Positions 20,074-29,018 of a stretch of 64,000 nucleotides of DNA are shown one piece after another. The position numbers and the translations under genes are program-made. The notes below the pieces were generated by a model, which was not told where the DNA came from, did no database searches, and was given only the letters and a program-made list of their open reading frames with translations. The number at the start of each line of letters is the position of its first letter. Position 1 is the stretch's first letter. The stretch comes from a virus (lineage: Duplodnaviria > Caudoviricetes): IMG/VR virus record IMGVR_UViG_3300032007_000009; one strand, 5' to 3'.

Positions 20074-20664
20074 ATGAAAGATTTAAGAACATTTATATAT
20101 GAATCATCTAATGAATTAATATCAATGATTAAAAGAATGATGGGTTCAGTTGATTATAATAAATTGCAATCGTGTTCTGAGCAAGATCAAGATAAATTTG
20201 ATAAACAAAAAGAAAATGAACTTTTAATTACAAAAGATTTTAATGAAGGTGATTTTACAATTATTGGAACTACTGAATATTATTCAAAAGTAAAAGATGG
20301 TGATTTTAATAAATTAAGTATAAAAGAAAAAAGTAAATTTAATACTCAAAATGGCGACTTAATTATTATGAAAAATGATAAACCAGTTTATTTTATTGAT
20401 GTTAAGATATCTGATAAATATTTAGGAACAATATCATTAGGATCATTAGTTAATTTCAATAAGGACGGATATTATCTTTTAATTTGTAAAACTGGTAAAT
20501 TCTTTAAAGTAATATCACATAAAGAAGTGGAAGATGCCGTTAAAAATAATAAACTTAATTTAAATGCTCCTGTTGATTCATATAAAGGATATGATGTAAA
20601 ATGGGAAGGTGAAGATATGACATCTGAATGGTTTATTAAAGGAAATGATCTTAGAAAAATATAA
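20074..20664 (+). CDS. Putative PD-(D/E)XK nuclease-fold protein with capsid-targeting-like N-terminus
   Basis: MKDLRTFIYE; GDLII...FIDVK. Confidence 0.5.
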   Translation: MKDLRTFIYESSNELISMIKRMMGSVDYNKLQSCSEQDQDKFDKQKENELLITKDFNEGDFTIIGTTEYYSKVKDGDFNKLSIKEKSKFNTQNGDLIIMKNDKPVYFIDVKISDKYLGTISLGSLVNFNKDGYYLLICKTGKFFKVISHKEVEDAVKNNKLNLNAPVDSYKGYDVKWEGEDMTSEWFIKGNDLRKI

Positions 20665-20672
20665 TTATAATT

Positions 20673-21728
20673 ATGAAAAGATTTAGTCAAATAAATGAAG
20701 TATGTGCTACATCTTCAAAAAATCCTGGAAATTTATTAGTCAATACAGGAGTAACTAATCATTATACACCTATTCAAAATATATTAACAAATATTAAAAA
20801 TCTTTATTGTGTACAATTAGGTATTGTTGCAGATCAAGGTGAAGATGGAGTTTCTATTAAGTTAACTAGTTCATTATTTACAAATGAGCGTAAGGTTAAT
20901 GAATTATTATATACATGTCTTTATAATGATGTCAATTTTGAACAGTCTTCATTAGCTGCATATATACAAGCACAAGGATTAACTAAAATAACTAATGTTA
21001 ATATTGGAGGATATATTATTGTTTATTTTTCACCTGATGATATATCTACTGCAGAAGATCCATATTCAATGTGTAAATCATGTTGTCCAACTCCTGAAGA
21101 AGCTTGTGAATCAATTTTAGATGAATTTGAAATTACATCTATGATTAAAGAAGATGATGGTGAGGAAGAAGTAAAGAATATAACTTTAGAAAAAATAATG
21201 GAACTTATTGATTCTAAAGATAAAGTTAAAGCTGCTAAACAATTAGAATTATTAGTATCTCAAGAAATTAGTTTACCACGTGAATTTTATTTTGCTGCTA
21301 TTAAATTTAAGACTGATGACGAAGCAATAGCATTACGTTGGAAATATACTAAGAAGCTTCCTGGGGGTAAATCAACAGAAAATACTCGTTCAATTCTTCA
21401 TATATTTGGTAAAGGAGATGAAGGAATATGGGTACAAGATTTTGCTGAAGATTCTATTGTTACATTACCTGATGAAGTTAAGAAACTTATTGAATCAGTA
21501 TTAGATTTATTAGAAGCTAAAGAAACTGATGACCCTTCAATCTTTAAACTTGATGGTGAACGTAGAGAACGTAAGGATGATGAAGATGATAAAGATAAGG
21601 ATGATGACAATAAAGACGATAAAAATAAAGACAATAATAAAGAAGAAAAGAAAGATAAGAAGACTGATGATAATGATGACGATGGTGAAGATGATTCTTC
21701 TCGTGGTGATGATACAGATCTTCTTTAA
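20673..21728 (+). CDS. Putative prohead core/internal protein with D/K-rich tail
   Basis: MKRFSQINE; internal IKE site; highly charged C-terminus. Confidence 0.5.
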   Translation: MKRFSQINEVCATSSKNPGNLLVNTGVTNHYTPIQNILTNIKNLYCVQLGIVADQGEDGVSIKLTSSLFTNERKVNELLYTCLYNDVNFEQSSLAAYIQAQGLTKITNVNIGGYIIVYFSPDDISTAEDPYSMCKSCCPTPEEACESILDEFEITSMIKEDDGEEEVKNITLEKIMELIDSKDKVKAAKQLELLVSQEISLPREFYFAAIKFKTDDEAIALRWKYTKKLPGGKSTENTRSILHIFGKGDEGIWVQDFAEDSIVTLPDEVKKLIESVLDLLEAKETDDPSIFKLDGERRERKDDEDDKDKDDDNKDDKNKDNNKEEKKDKKTDDNDDDGEDDSSRGDDTDLL

Positions 21729-21741
21729 TTAAATATAAATT

Positions 21742-22101
21742 ATGAAAGATATTCGTATATTCTTGGAAGGTAAGACTATTGATGAAGTAACAATAAAAGA
21801 TATCAAAATAAAAAAAGAAGTTGATGTTGTATATTATTGCTATGATAAAGAATCATTAGATAAAGTTTCAAAACAATATGAACATGTTGGTAAGTATTGG
21901 ATAGATAAAGGTTTCTTCCTTGCAACATTAAAGAATAAATCAACATGGGTTGTTAATATGGATAAAGAATTTCATATGCATACTTGGAGACCTAATGCTG
22001 ATTTTATTGAATATAATGATAATGAAGAAGAATATACATATAAAGAACTTCTTGAATTACTTGAAAAAGGAGAAACAATGCTAGTTGTGATTAATAAATA
22101 A
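21742..22101 (+). CDS. Hypothetical protein with capsid-targeting-like N-terminus
   Basis: MKDIRIFLE. Confidence 0.6.
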   Translation: MKDIRIFLEGKTIDEVTIKDIKIKKEVDVVYYCYDKESLDKVSKQYEHVGKYWIDKGFFLATLKNKSTWVVNMDKEFHMHTWRPNADFIEYNDNEEEYTYKELLELLEKGETMLVVINK

Positions 22102-22118
22102 TATATATAAATAAAATT

Positions 22119-22661
22119 ATGAAAAAATTAAATGAATACATATCAATTAACGAAGGTGTAAAATTACCTGATGATAAACTTAATATCATTGAAAAATTTT
22201 TAAATGATGAAAATAGATATGACTTTAATAAAACTATTGTTTGTGATGTATTAAATCAGTTTGATAATGTAGCAACAGAAATTATTGCAGATATTGCGGG
22301 ATATTTAGTTGAAGCATACATTTGGGATCAAATGCATAAACTTATTACTAATAAAGAATTTTGTGATGTATGGTTTGATGGTAATAATAAGAGTAGTGAA
22401 GAATTTAAATTAAGTCCTTTGGCAAGACGAAACAATAAAGATAATAATGGATCTGCAATATATTGGGATTTTACTATTAATGGAATAGATGAAAAATTTG
22501 AAATTAAAGCACGTTCAACAAAAGAAGGTAAGAAAAATGGTGGATATCGTTTTACTGTAAATCAATCATCAGATAAAAATTTGATTTATATTTTAGTTGA
22601 ATATTCAATATCTGGAGATGAAATTAATATAGGAAATATTAAAATAACAAGAAAATTATAA
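22119..22661 (+). CDS. Putative PD-(D/E)XK nuclease-fold protein with capsid-targeting-like N-terminus
   Basis: MKKLNEYISINE; GYLVE...WDFT...FEIKAR. Confidence 0.5.
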   Translation: MKKLNEYISINEGVKLPDDKLNIIEKFLNDENRYDFNKTIVCDVLNQFDNVATEIIADIAGYLVEAYIWDQMHKLITNKEFCDVWFDGNNKSSEEFKLSPLARRNNKDNNGSAIYWDFTINGIDEKFEIKARSTKEGKKNGGYRFTVNQSSDKNLIYILVEYSISGDEINIGNIKITRKL

Positions 22662-22679
22662 ATATATAAAACGACATAA

Positions 22680-22880
22680 ATGAAATCATTAGAAGAATTT
22701 GTTATTGAATCGGAAAAACAAAATGAAGATGTATTTGTTGTTTATTTTGGAGATGGTGTAATGGAAAATTTCTATTATACTGAAGATGAAGCAAAAGCTA
22801 AAGTCGAAGAATTAAATAAAGAAAATTCTGATGCAAAGGCTTCATATAAAAAAGAATCAAAATCAAAAATTGAAAAATAA
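22680..22880 (+). CDS. Small protein with capsid-targeting-like N-terminus
   Basis: MKSLEEFVIE. Confidence 0.6.
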   Translation: MKSLEEFVIESEKQNEDVFVVYFGDGVMENFYYTEDEAKAKVEELNKENSDAKASYKKESKSKIEK

Positions 22881-22904
22881 AATATTTAATATAATATATA
22901 GTTA

Positions 22905-22931
22905 AGTAGGATATCATTGAGATATCCTACT
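22905..22931. terminator. Intrinsic terminator closing the 14-23 kb late block
   Basis: AGTAGGATATC-ATTGA-GATATCCTACT; same stem core as 7283. Confidence 0.75.
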
Positions 22932-23015
22932 ATTTGTTTATATATTTGTTTATAACATATTGAATTATTTAAATAATTATTTCTATATTAAAACTGTTAA
23001 TTAATATTAATAATT

Positions 23016-23483
23016 ATGAAAGTATTTAGATTAAGACATAAAAAATATAAAGGAGATGTTGTTTTTGGTCTTCCTTCACCTTATAATGAAAGTGTAGGTG
23101 AAAAAAAGATTAATGAATTATTTAGTAAGATGAAACCATGGATGCATGCTGTACCTTATTATAAGAAAAGTAAATTTAGTTTTGTTTCATCTAATGCAAT
23201 ATTAACATTTTTAAATAATGGTAAGTTTACTGAAGAAGAATTGAATGATGTAAATAATAGTTTCTATGTTGAAATATATGAAGTAGAGATTTGGAGTGCA
23301 GGATTATCTAAATTTTTATGTACATATTTTGATGATGAAATAATTCCTGATACATATGATACTATTACTATAAAAGAATTAATTAATTGGACATATAAAA
23401 CTGTTTATCAGGATCCAGTTCCAAAAGCAGATATTAACTTGAGTAAAACATCATATTATTCAGATGTTAAATTGTATTATTAA
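23016..23483 (+). CDS. Hypothetical protein
   Basis: ORF preceded by CTATATT at 22983. Confidence 0.6.
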   Translation: MKVFRLRHKKYKGDVVFGLPSPYNESVGEKKINELFSKMKPWMHAVPYYKKSKFSFVSSNAILTFLNNGKFTEEELNDVNNSFYVEIYEVEIWSAGLSKFLCTYFDDEIIPDTYDTITIKELINWTYKTVYQDPVPKADINLSKTSYYSDVKLYY

Positions 23484-23531
23484 TTTAATGATTATTATTT
23501 AAATTATAATTATAAATTTAATTTTTAAACT

Positions 23532-24011
23532 ATGAAATTTGGAAAAGATTTTTTGTTTAAAGAGTTAGTTAACACATTTGCGTATACTACAGCAACTCAA
23601 AATAGAGATGTATATACAGATGTAAGTATTAATGGTAGACGTTATACAAAATACGGTACATTGCAAGCTGTAACCTTTGTAGGTAATTTGTATAAGACTG
23701 GAGTTAAGGGTGATGGTTATCTTAAGGAAGATGGCGCTCCAGTAAATAAAAATGAAAAGTATGTATTGTCAATTGGTATGTCTAAACAGCATCCTTGCGA
23801 TACAAAGGTAAATAAAGAGTTAGGATATGAAATGGCAATGATGAATGCACTTAATAATCCTATCATTTTAATTGAAATTAATGATAAGTTTACTTATCGT
23901 CGTTTCAGAAATATTGTGGAAGATTATTTAAACACAATAAAACTAGAATTTATTAAAACAAAGCAAGAAATAATTGCTGAGGGTGGAAATCCTAAAAAAT
24001 ATAATAGATAA
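23532..24011 (+). CDS. Hypothetical protein
   Basis: ORF with genome-typical codon usage. Confidence 0.6.
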   Translation: MKFGKDFLFKELVNTFAYTTATQNRDVYTDVSINGRRYTKYGTLQAVTFVGNLYKTGVKGDGYLKEDGAPVNKNEKYVLSIGMSKQHPCDTKVNKELGYEMAMMNALNNPIILIEINDKFTYRRFRNIVEDYLNTIKLEFIKTKQEIIAEGGNPKKYNR

Positions 24012-24018
24012 TAGTTAT

Positions 24019-24046
24019 AGACCTAATTTTATATTAGGTCTTTTTT
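24019..24046 (+). terminator. Intrinsic terminator
   Basis: AGACCTAAT-TTTAT-ATTAGGTCT followed by a T-run. Confidence 0.75.
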
Positions 24047-24104
24047 AATATTTTTACAGAGTAAAACTATATTACAAAATATAAAAATATATGATATATA
24101 ATTA

Positions 24105-24866
24105 ATGAAAATTTTTAATGCATTTGGAATAATACCAACTAATACTTATTCATCAGCTGGTTCTGATTATTATATTCCTAATTTGAAAGATGAAAAGGAA
24201 ATCGAAGTAGCACTTAAGGCATTTGAAAAATCTTACGGAAAGACAACAGAAGAAATTGCTGAGATATACAATGAATTTAAAAAGACTTATGATCATATTG
24301 AAGAAGCTGCAAACTTAACTCATTTATTCTTAGCAACATATAATAAACAACTTGAGGCATTCAAGAAAAATAGTCTTGAAAGAGCAGTAACATTCTTTAT
24401 TAATAATTATGTAGTATATGATGTTAAGAAACATGTTGTAGGTATTGCAATGAAATTAAACGATACTTTGTTTATTAATTCAGGTGTTAAAGTTGCACTT
24501 ACTACTGCTTGGAATAATCATGGACCTAATACCGATAATTTATTAAAACTATTAGAAGCATTGGGTATTGGTATTTCAGGTTTATATGTAAATAAATCAG
24601 GTTGTGGTAATCGTGGATGGGATGTTCGCGCATGTTTGGTTGATGAAGATTATGCAGGATATGTACATCTTTCACAGTCATATACAAAGGATTTATTAGA
24701 TGAAGGACAAAATATTATTTATTGTGGTGATAAGTTAGTACAAATGATGCTTATTCCAATTATTCATACAAAATATGTTGATTCTACTGAAGCTGAATAT
24801 AATAAAATCATGGAAAATTCAAAACGTGGAGATTCAGGATTTGGTAGTTCAGATGTAAAACATTAA
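24105..24866 (+). CDS. dut: Trimeric dUTPase with large insertions
   Basis: Motifs I SAGSD, II NKSG, III VDEDYAG, IV GDKLVQ, V RGDSGFGSS. Confidence 0.9.
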   Translation: MKIFNAFGIIPTNTYSSAGSDYYIPNLKDEKEIEVALKAFEKSYGKTTEEIAEIYNEFKKTYDHIEEAANLTHLFLATYNKQLEAFKKNSLERAVTFFINNYVVYDVKKHVVGIAMKLNDTLFINSGVKVALTTAWNNHGPNTDNLLKLLEALGIGISGLYVNKSGCGNRGWDVRACLVDEDYAGYVHLSQSYTKDLLDEGQNIIYCGDKLVQMMLIPIIHTKYVDSTEAEYNKIMENSKRGDSGFGSSDVKH

Positions 24867-24876
24867 TATTCAAACA

Positions 24877-25281
24877 ATGCAAAAAATTGAATGTACAGTT
24901 AAAGATATTCCACAAGAAATAATGTGGAGTGATTTATTTGAATTTAGACTTAAAACAGGTGATATAAGATTTACTGAATGTGTAAATAATGTTGCATTTG
25001 GAAATAATAAAAATACAATATATATATCATTTATTGATTGGGGTGATGATTATCATATTATTGAACATATAAAACAAGAAAATTTTAATGATGGAATTGA
25101 AATTGCTTTAGCTGATAGATGTGGTTCAGTTGTTGCATTATTTGAATTTAATGATTGTATTATTAAAGATATTGCTTCAATTATTCTTGATTATTGTGGA
25201 AATTATAAAACACCAAAAAATCGTTATATTGCTTCAATTGAATATAATAAAGTTTATAAAATAAAACCAGATGAAGAATGA
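24877..25281 (+). CDS. Possible tail-tube (gp19-like) fold paralogue
   Basis: LADRCGSVVALFEFNDC...LDY resembles the tube-protein C-terminal pattern. Confidence 0.35.
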   Translation: MQKIECTVKDIPQEIMWSDLFEFRLKTGDIRFTECVNNVAFGNNKNTIYISFIDWGDDYHIIEHIKQENFNDGIEIALADRCGSVVALFEFNDCIIKDIASIILDYCGNYKTPKNRYIASIEYNKVYKIKPDEE

Positions 25282-25451
25282 TTACTCCAGGATTGTTATC
25301 AGAATTATATGATAAAGCAAAAGTCAATTATGAATTAGCAGAGAATGATTATTTATCAACAGATGATATTGATTATTTGAAAGAGATGTGTGTTCATTCA
25401 GGAGAAATGCTTGCATACGGAAAATTATTAGAAATGTTAATACATGAATAA
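25278..25451 (+). CDS. Small hypothetical protein (57 aa, not in ORF track)
   Basis: MITPGLLSELYDK...LIHE; overlaps flanking stop and start codons. Confidence 0.55.
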   Translation: MITPGLLSELYDKAKVNYELAENDYLSTDDIDYLKEMCVHSGEMLAYGKLLEMLIHE

Positions 25452-25773
25452 GAAGAAAATTTATATATCATTACCTATTGCTTTTCAAGAAGATACTGTT
25501 TATGATAGAAATAATCAAGCTAAAGAATATCTTCAAAGAAAATATAGAAAATATGAATGGGTATCTCCAATAGATTCCAATCATATTGATGATGAAGCAT
25601 TGGGAAATCATTTAGCTATTGAACGTACTGCATATTATATGGGTAAAGATATTGAACAAGTAATTCTTTGTGATGCAATACTTATGTGTCCTGGATGGGA
25701 AAATTCAAAGGGATGTAAATGTGAGAAATATGTTGCTGAAACTTACGGTAAAGAAGTATTATATATGAAATAG
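25444..25773 (+). CDS. DUF4406/NDT-like protein
   Basis: IYISLPI...CDAILMCPGWENSKGCKCE. Confidence 0.8.
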   Translation: MNKKKIYISLPIAFQEDTVYDRNNQAKEYLQRKYRKYEWVSPIDSNHIDDEALGNHLAIERTAYYMGKDIEQVILCDAILMCPGWENSKGCKCEKYVAETYGKEVLYMK

Positions 25774-25774
25774 A

Positions 25775-25802
25775 AAATGGGAAGTTTTAAAGCTTCCCAT
25801 TT
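25775..25802. terminator. Bidirectional terminator
   Basis: AAATGGGAAG...CTTCCCATTT between convergent genes. Confidence 0.75.
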
Positions 25803-25803
25803 G

Positions 25804-26103
25804 TTATGGTAATATATCAGTTAAATAACACCACTTATCTTGATCTGTTAATTTTTTTCTATTATTATCAGCAGTATATTCACCATCATTCATATAATCT
25901 GCAATTTTGACATTATTATATTTATCATAGTGCTTCTTATTATTAATTTCTCCACCAACAATAATAATTATAGGTATAATTTTATTATATTCTTTATCAC
26001 CAGGTTTAATAAATGATGAATCTTCTGGTAATTCAGAACCATTATGCCATAAATTTTTAGTATCAATTTTTGATTCTAAAATAAATTCATTAATATTTTT
26101 CAT
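25804..26103 (-). CDS. Hypothetical (DUF551-like) protein with capsid-targeting-like N-terminus
   Basis: MKNINEFILE; WH...ELP...WCYLTDILP. Confidence 0.55.
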   Translation of the reverse strand: MKNINEFILESKIDTKNLWHNGSELPEDSSFIKPGDKEYNKIIPIIIIVGGEINNKKHYDKYNNVKIADYMNDGEYTADNNRKKLTDQDKWCYLTDILP

Positions 26104-26126
26104 GTATTTCGTAAAAATATATTTTA

Positions 26127-26531
26127 TTAAAAATTATTTGAAACTAATAAGAATGATGTATCATCTCCTTCTGTTGAACTTCCATTAATAATTATTACAT
26201 CTTTAAAATTAAATTTAAATATTTCAAATTCTGGTTCATCTTCATCTTCACCAATTGGAATATAATTTCCATCTTCCCAATAATCATTATCTGACATCCA
26301 TTCAGAAAAATCTCCAGTTACCATTGCAGATTCCCCATATGAAAATGTTAAATTTGTATCTACATTTTCAAATATTTCATTTATATCACTATTCTTTATT
26401 TTTTTATAAAAATTTTTAACTAATTTTTTTGCTTCTTCAAATGAAACATTTGTATTATCAAAATCAATATTTTTTAAGATTTTTGATAATTCATTTTTAT
26501 TTTCTAAAATAAACTCTTTTAAGTTTTTCAT
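26127..26531 (-). CDS. Acidic hypothetical protein with capsid-targeting-like N-terminus
   Basis: MKNLKEFILE; TTATTTTTA upstream at 26556-26564. Confidence 0.6.
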   Translation of the reverse strand: MKNLKEFILENKNELSKILKNIDFDNTNVSFEEAKKLVKNFYKKIKNSDINEIFENVDTNLTFSYGESAMVTGDFSEWMSDNDYWEDGNYIPIGEDEDEPEFEIFKFNFKDVIIINGSSTEGDDTSFLLVSNNF

Positions 26532-26647
26532 ATTATTATTTTATTTATTTATATTTAAAAATAAATTAAACAAACAAATATATACTATTAAATTTGAATT
26601 TTTTAAATAATATGCATTAACTTACTATATTATAATATAATTTTATT

Positions 26648-26730
26648 GAAGCCGGCATACTAGAAATAGTCACTGCGACAGTCGGGCATATTTTTTTTAC
26701 TTATGTAGAAAAAGTATGTCCGATTTTTTA
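26648..26730 (+). ncRNA. Candidate structured leader RNA/attenuator or sRNA
   Basis: GC-rich island after CTATATT; ACTA-GAAA-TAGT hairpin; terminator-like TCGGGCATAT...GTATGTCCGA plus T-run. Confidence 0.45.
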
Positions 26731-26756
26731 TGTTTAAAAATATATGATTTTTTATT

Positions 26757-26900
26757 ATGGGTTATTACAGTAAAGGTTATCAAAGGGCTTTAGAAGCAGC
26801 TGGAGGAGATGAATCAAAAGTTCATAAAAATTATGGGTGGTATGGATCACCAACAGGAACTGAATATGACGATGATGGACGTCCAATTCCATTTACTTAA
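26757..26900 (+). CDS. Microprotein (47 aa)
   Basis: MGYYSKGYQRALEAAGGDES...RPIPFT. Confidence 0.6.
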   Translation: MGYYSKGYQRALEAAGGDESKVHKNYGWYGSPTGTEYDDDGRPIPFT

Positions 26901-26928
26901 ATTTATAAATAATATATTAGTTTTATTT

Positions 26929-27039
26929 ATGAAAGATAATTTTGAAATTAAATTTGAATGGAATATTATAGACCACAAAAATGTAGAAAGAATTGGAACT
27001 ATGTATTGTTTCAAAATATGCGAAATAAATATAAATTAA
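26929..27039 (+). CDS. Microprotein (36 aa)
   Basis: MKDNFEIKFEW...EININ; likely true start within track ORF 26809. Confidence 0.45.
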   Translation: MKDNFEIKFEWNIIDHKNVERIGTMYCFKICEININ

Positions 27040-27046
27040 TTAAATT

Positions 27047-27166
27047 ATGACAGAAGAAGAAATTAAAAGACATGAAACTTGGTATAACCAATATTTTGGA
27101 TATACACATTTAACACCAGAAAGAGAATGTAGAAGAGGTGCATTAACTACAAAATCAAAATATTAA
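27047..27166 (+). CDS. Microprotein (39 aa)
   Basis: MTEEEIKRHETWYNQYFG...KSKY. Confidence 0.55.
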   Translation: MTEEEIKRHETWYNQYFGYTHLTPERECRRGALTTKSKY

Positions 27167-27172
27167 TTAATT

Positions 27173-27283
27173 ATGGCAACAGTTAATAGTGAAGATTTAC
27201 AAAAACAGAAAAATGACCCAGTTATTTATAATGACAAAGGTCACATTACACATGTTCCTGATTGGGCTTATAGTGATATGTAA
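27173..27283 (+). CDS. Microprotein (36 aa)
   Basis: MATVNSEDLQK...HVPDWAYSDM. Confidence 0.55.
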   Translation: MATVNSEDLQKQKNDPVIYNDKGHITHVPDWAYSDM

Positions 27284-27286
27284 AAT

Positions 27287-27412
27287 ATGACATTAGATGA
27301 AGCTATTGAACATTGTAAAGAAAAGGTAAATGATACTTATTGTGGTCAAGATCATTTACAACTTATGAATTGGTTATTGGAACTTAAATCTTTAAAAAGA
27401 GCTAATATCTAA
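27287..27412 (+). CDS. Microprotein (41 aa)
   Basis: MTLDEAIEHCKEK...CGQDHLQLMNWLLELK. Confidence 0.65.
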   Translation: MTLDEAIEHCKEKVNDTYCGQDHLQLMNWLLELKSLKRANI

Positions 27413-27429
27413 ATTAGCTCTTTTTTTTT
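27394..27429 (+). terminator. Intrinsic terminator
   Basis: AAAAAGAGCTAAT-ATCTAA-ATTAGCTCTTTTT. Confidence 0.8.
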
Positions 27430-27514
27430 CATTTAATTTATTAAAAAATTAAATAATATTTAAATTTTTATTAGACAATACTATATTATATTTATAATCA
27501 AACAAATATAAATT

Positions 27515-27649
27515 ATGAATACTTTTAATGTTTTTATTGGAATCTGTTTAGGTTTTATTGGTCTGATGTGGTTGAAAATGGATTATGATTGTGGAAATCC
27601 TAATTCAACTTGGAAAGATTTCTTTAAATATTTTTGGTATAATTGTTAA
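27515..27649 (+). CDS. Small membrane protein (44 aa)
   Basis: MNTFNVFIGICLGFIGLMWL; CTATATT at 27481. Confidence 0.55.
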   Translation: MNTFNVFIGICLGFIGLMWLKMDYDCGNPNSTWKDFFKYFWYNC

Positions 27650-27661
27650 TAAGTAAATAAT

Positions 27662-27949
27662 ATGACACTTGATGAGGAAATGAAGCTTTGGGAAGACCGT
27701 TCAAATGATGAGTTCGGTCAGATCCTAACAAAGATTAAAGAAGCAACTAAGGATTATTTATATTCTTGGGAAGAATACGGTATTGAACAGAATATTCTTT
27801 CAATATATATTACTGGATATTCTTTAGATGGAGACCGTAAATATACTGCAACTCATATTATGGATATTTTGATTAATTACGATATTTATAATAATTATAA
27901 GAATGTTAAGACATTAGTAAATAAATTAATTAAACTTGCATATAAGTAA
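27662..27949 (+). CDS. Hypothetical protein
   Basis: ORF track. Confidence 0.6.
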   Translation: MTLDEEMKLWEDRSNDEFGQILTKIKEATKDYLYSWEEYGIEQNILSIYITGYSLDGDRKYTATHIMDILINYDIYNNYKNVKTLVNKLIKLAYK

Positions 27950-28355
27950 TATTATGATTAGACTTCAAAAGAAAATAAATGGATATTTTAATTGTTTAGA
28001 TAGTCAAATGTTAGAATATAATGTAGTTTTCGAATGTGTATTTATATATAATATTTTTGATTATTTTAAAGTTAAGAAAAATACTTCTATATTAATTAAT
28101 ATTATTGAACAAAATGTTAAAGATGTTATTTCTAATAATAGAATTAAATATTTTAATAAAGATAATTTAAATTCATATCAAAAAGAATGTAGTAAGTATA
28201 TTGATTTAAAGAAAACTAACAAAGCTCAAAGAAATATAGAAAATATTATTAAAGATCAATTATCAAAAAAATTCTTAGAATATAATTATAATATTGTTAA
28301 ATTTCAGATAATGCCATGTGATATATGTCATTCATTAAGAGCTGTATTAAGTTAA
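27936..28355 (+). CDS. Hypothetical protein (start probably ATG 27954)
   Basis: ORF track. Confidence 0.5.
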   Translation: MHISNIMIRLQKKINGYFNCLDSQMLEYNVVFECVFIYNIFDYFKVKKNTSILINIIEQNVKDVISNNRIKYFNKDNLNSYQKECSKYIDLKKTNKAQRNIENIIKDQLSKKFLEYNYNIVKFQIMPCDICHSLRAVLS

Positions 28356-28362
28356 TATTGAA

Positions 28363-28938
28363 ATGAAATTAAAAGGTAAATCTAGAAATCAAGCAAAAAC
28401 AATTATAAAACATATTGAATCACTCGGTGGAAAATTTCAACGAGAATGTCCTGGAGGTTCAATATATTGTTCATTAAATGCTATACGTCAAATTCGTATA
28501 TCTGACCATATAGCATTAAAAGGTGATATTGATAGAATAGATATTATTATTAAAGATTCTCAATATTTATGTATTTATTATAGAGATATTAAGATATATA
28601 ATAATATAAGTAAAGTTAAACAATGGATTGAAAATGTTGAATATACTATTGCAATAATATTAAGGAATATGGCTACAGTTAATATGATAAGTAGTCGTGA
28701 GTATGAATTTCAAATAGATAAATTAAAAAAGGAAATTAATCTTAAAGAACAGAAATGTAAAGAATATAAAGAAACTATAAAAAATATTAAATTAAAAAAT
28801 ACTGAATTAAGTAATCAGTTAACTTCTAAAACGGCAAAATTAGAAAGAGCTAGAAAATCTATTGAAAAAAATACTAAATATATTGAATTATACCAAAAAT
28901 TATTATCAGAATATAATAAATTAAAAAATAATTCATAA
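28363..28938 (+). CDS. Hypothetical protein with IRISDH motif and C-terminal coiled coil
   Basis: ORF track. Confidence 0.55.
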   Translation: MKLKGKSRNQAKTIIKHIESLGGKFQRECPGGSIYCSLNAIRQIRISDHIALKGDIDRIDIIIKDSQYLCIYYRDIKIYNNISKVKQWIENVEYTIAIILRNMATVNMISSREYEFQIDKLKKEINLKEQKCKEYKETIKNIKLKNTELSNQLTSKTAKLERARKSIEKNTKYIELYQKLLSEYNKLKNNS

Positions 28939-29018
28939 ATAATGTAATAATTTTATAATTGAACAATATAGTTAATCTATATTTTATATAATGTTAAACT
29001 AAATATATTTTTTAAAAG

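Noticed and set aside
26651-26690. Resemblance to the HDV ribozyme start (GCCGGCAT) or the sgRNA loop (CTAGAAATAG)
   Set aside because: I could not build the HDV nested pseudoknot, and the GAAA tetraloop match is too short to be specific.
26809-26928. 5' part of track ORF 26809..27039
   Set aside because: It overlaps a more protein-like ORF (26757-26900) and crosses an AT-rich spacer; the true start is probably 26929.
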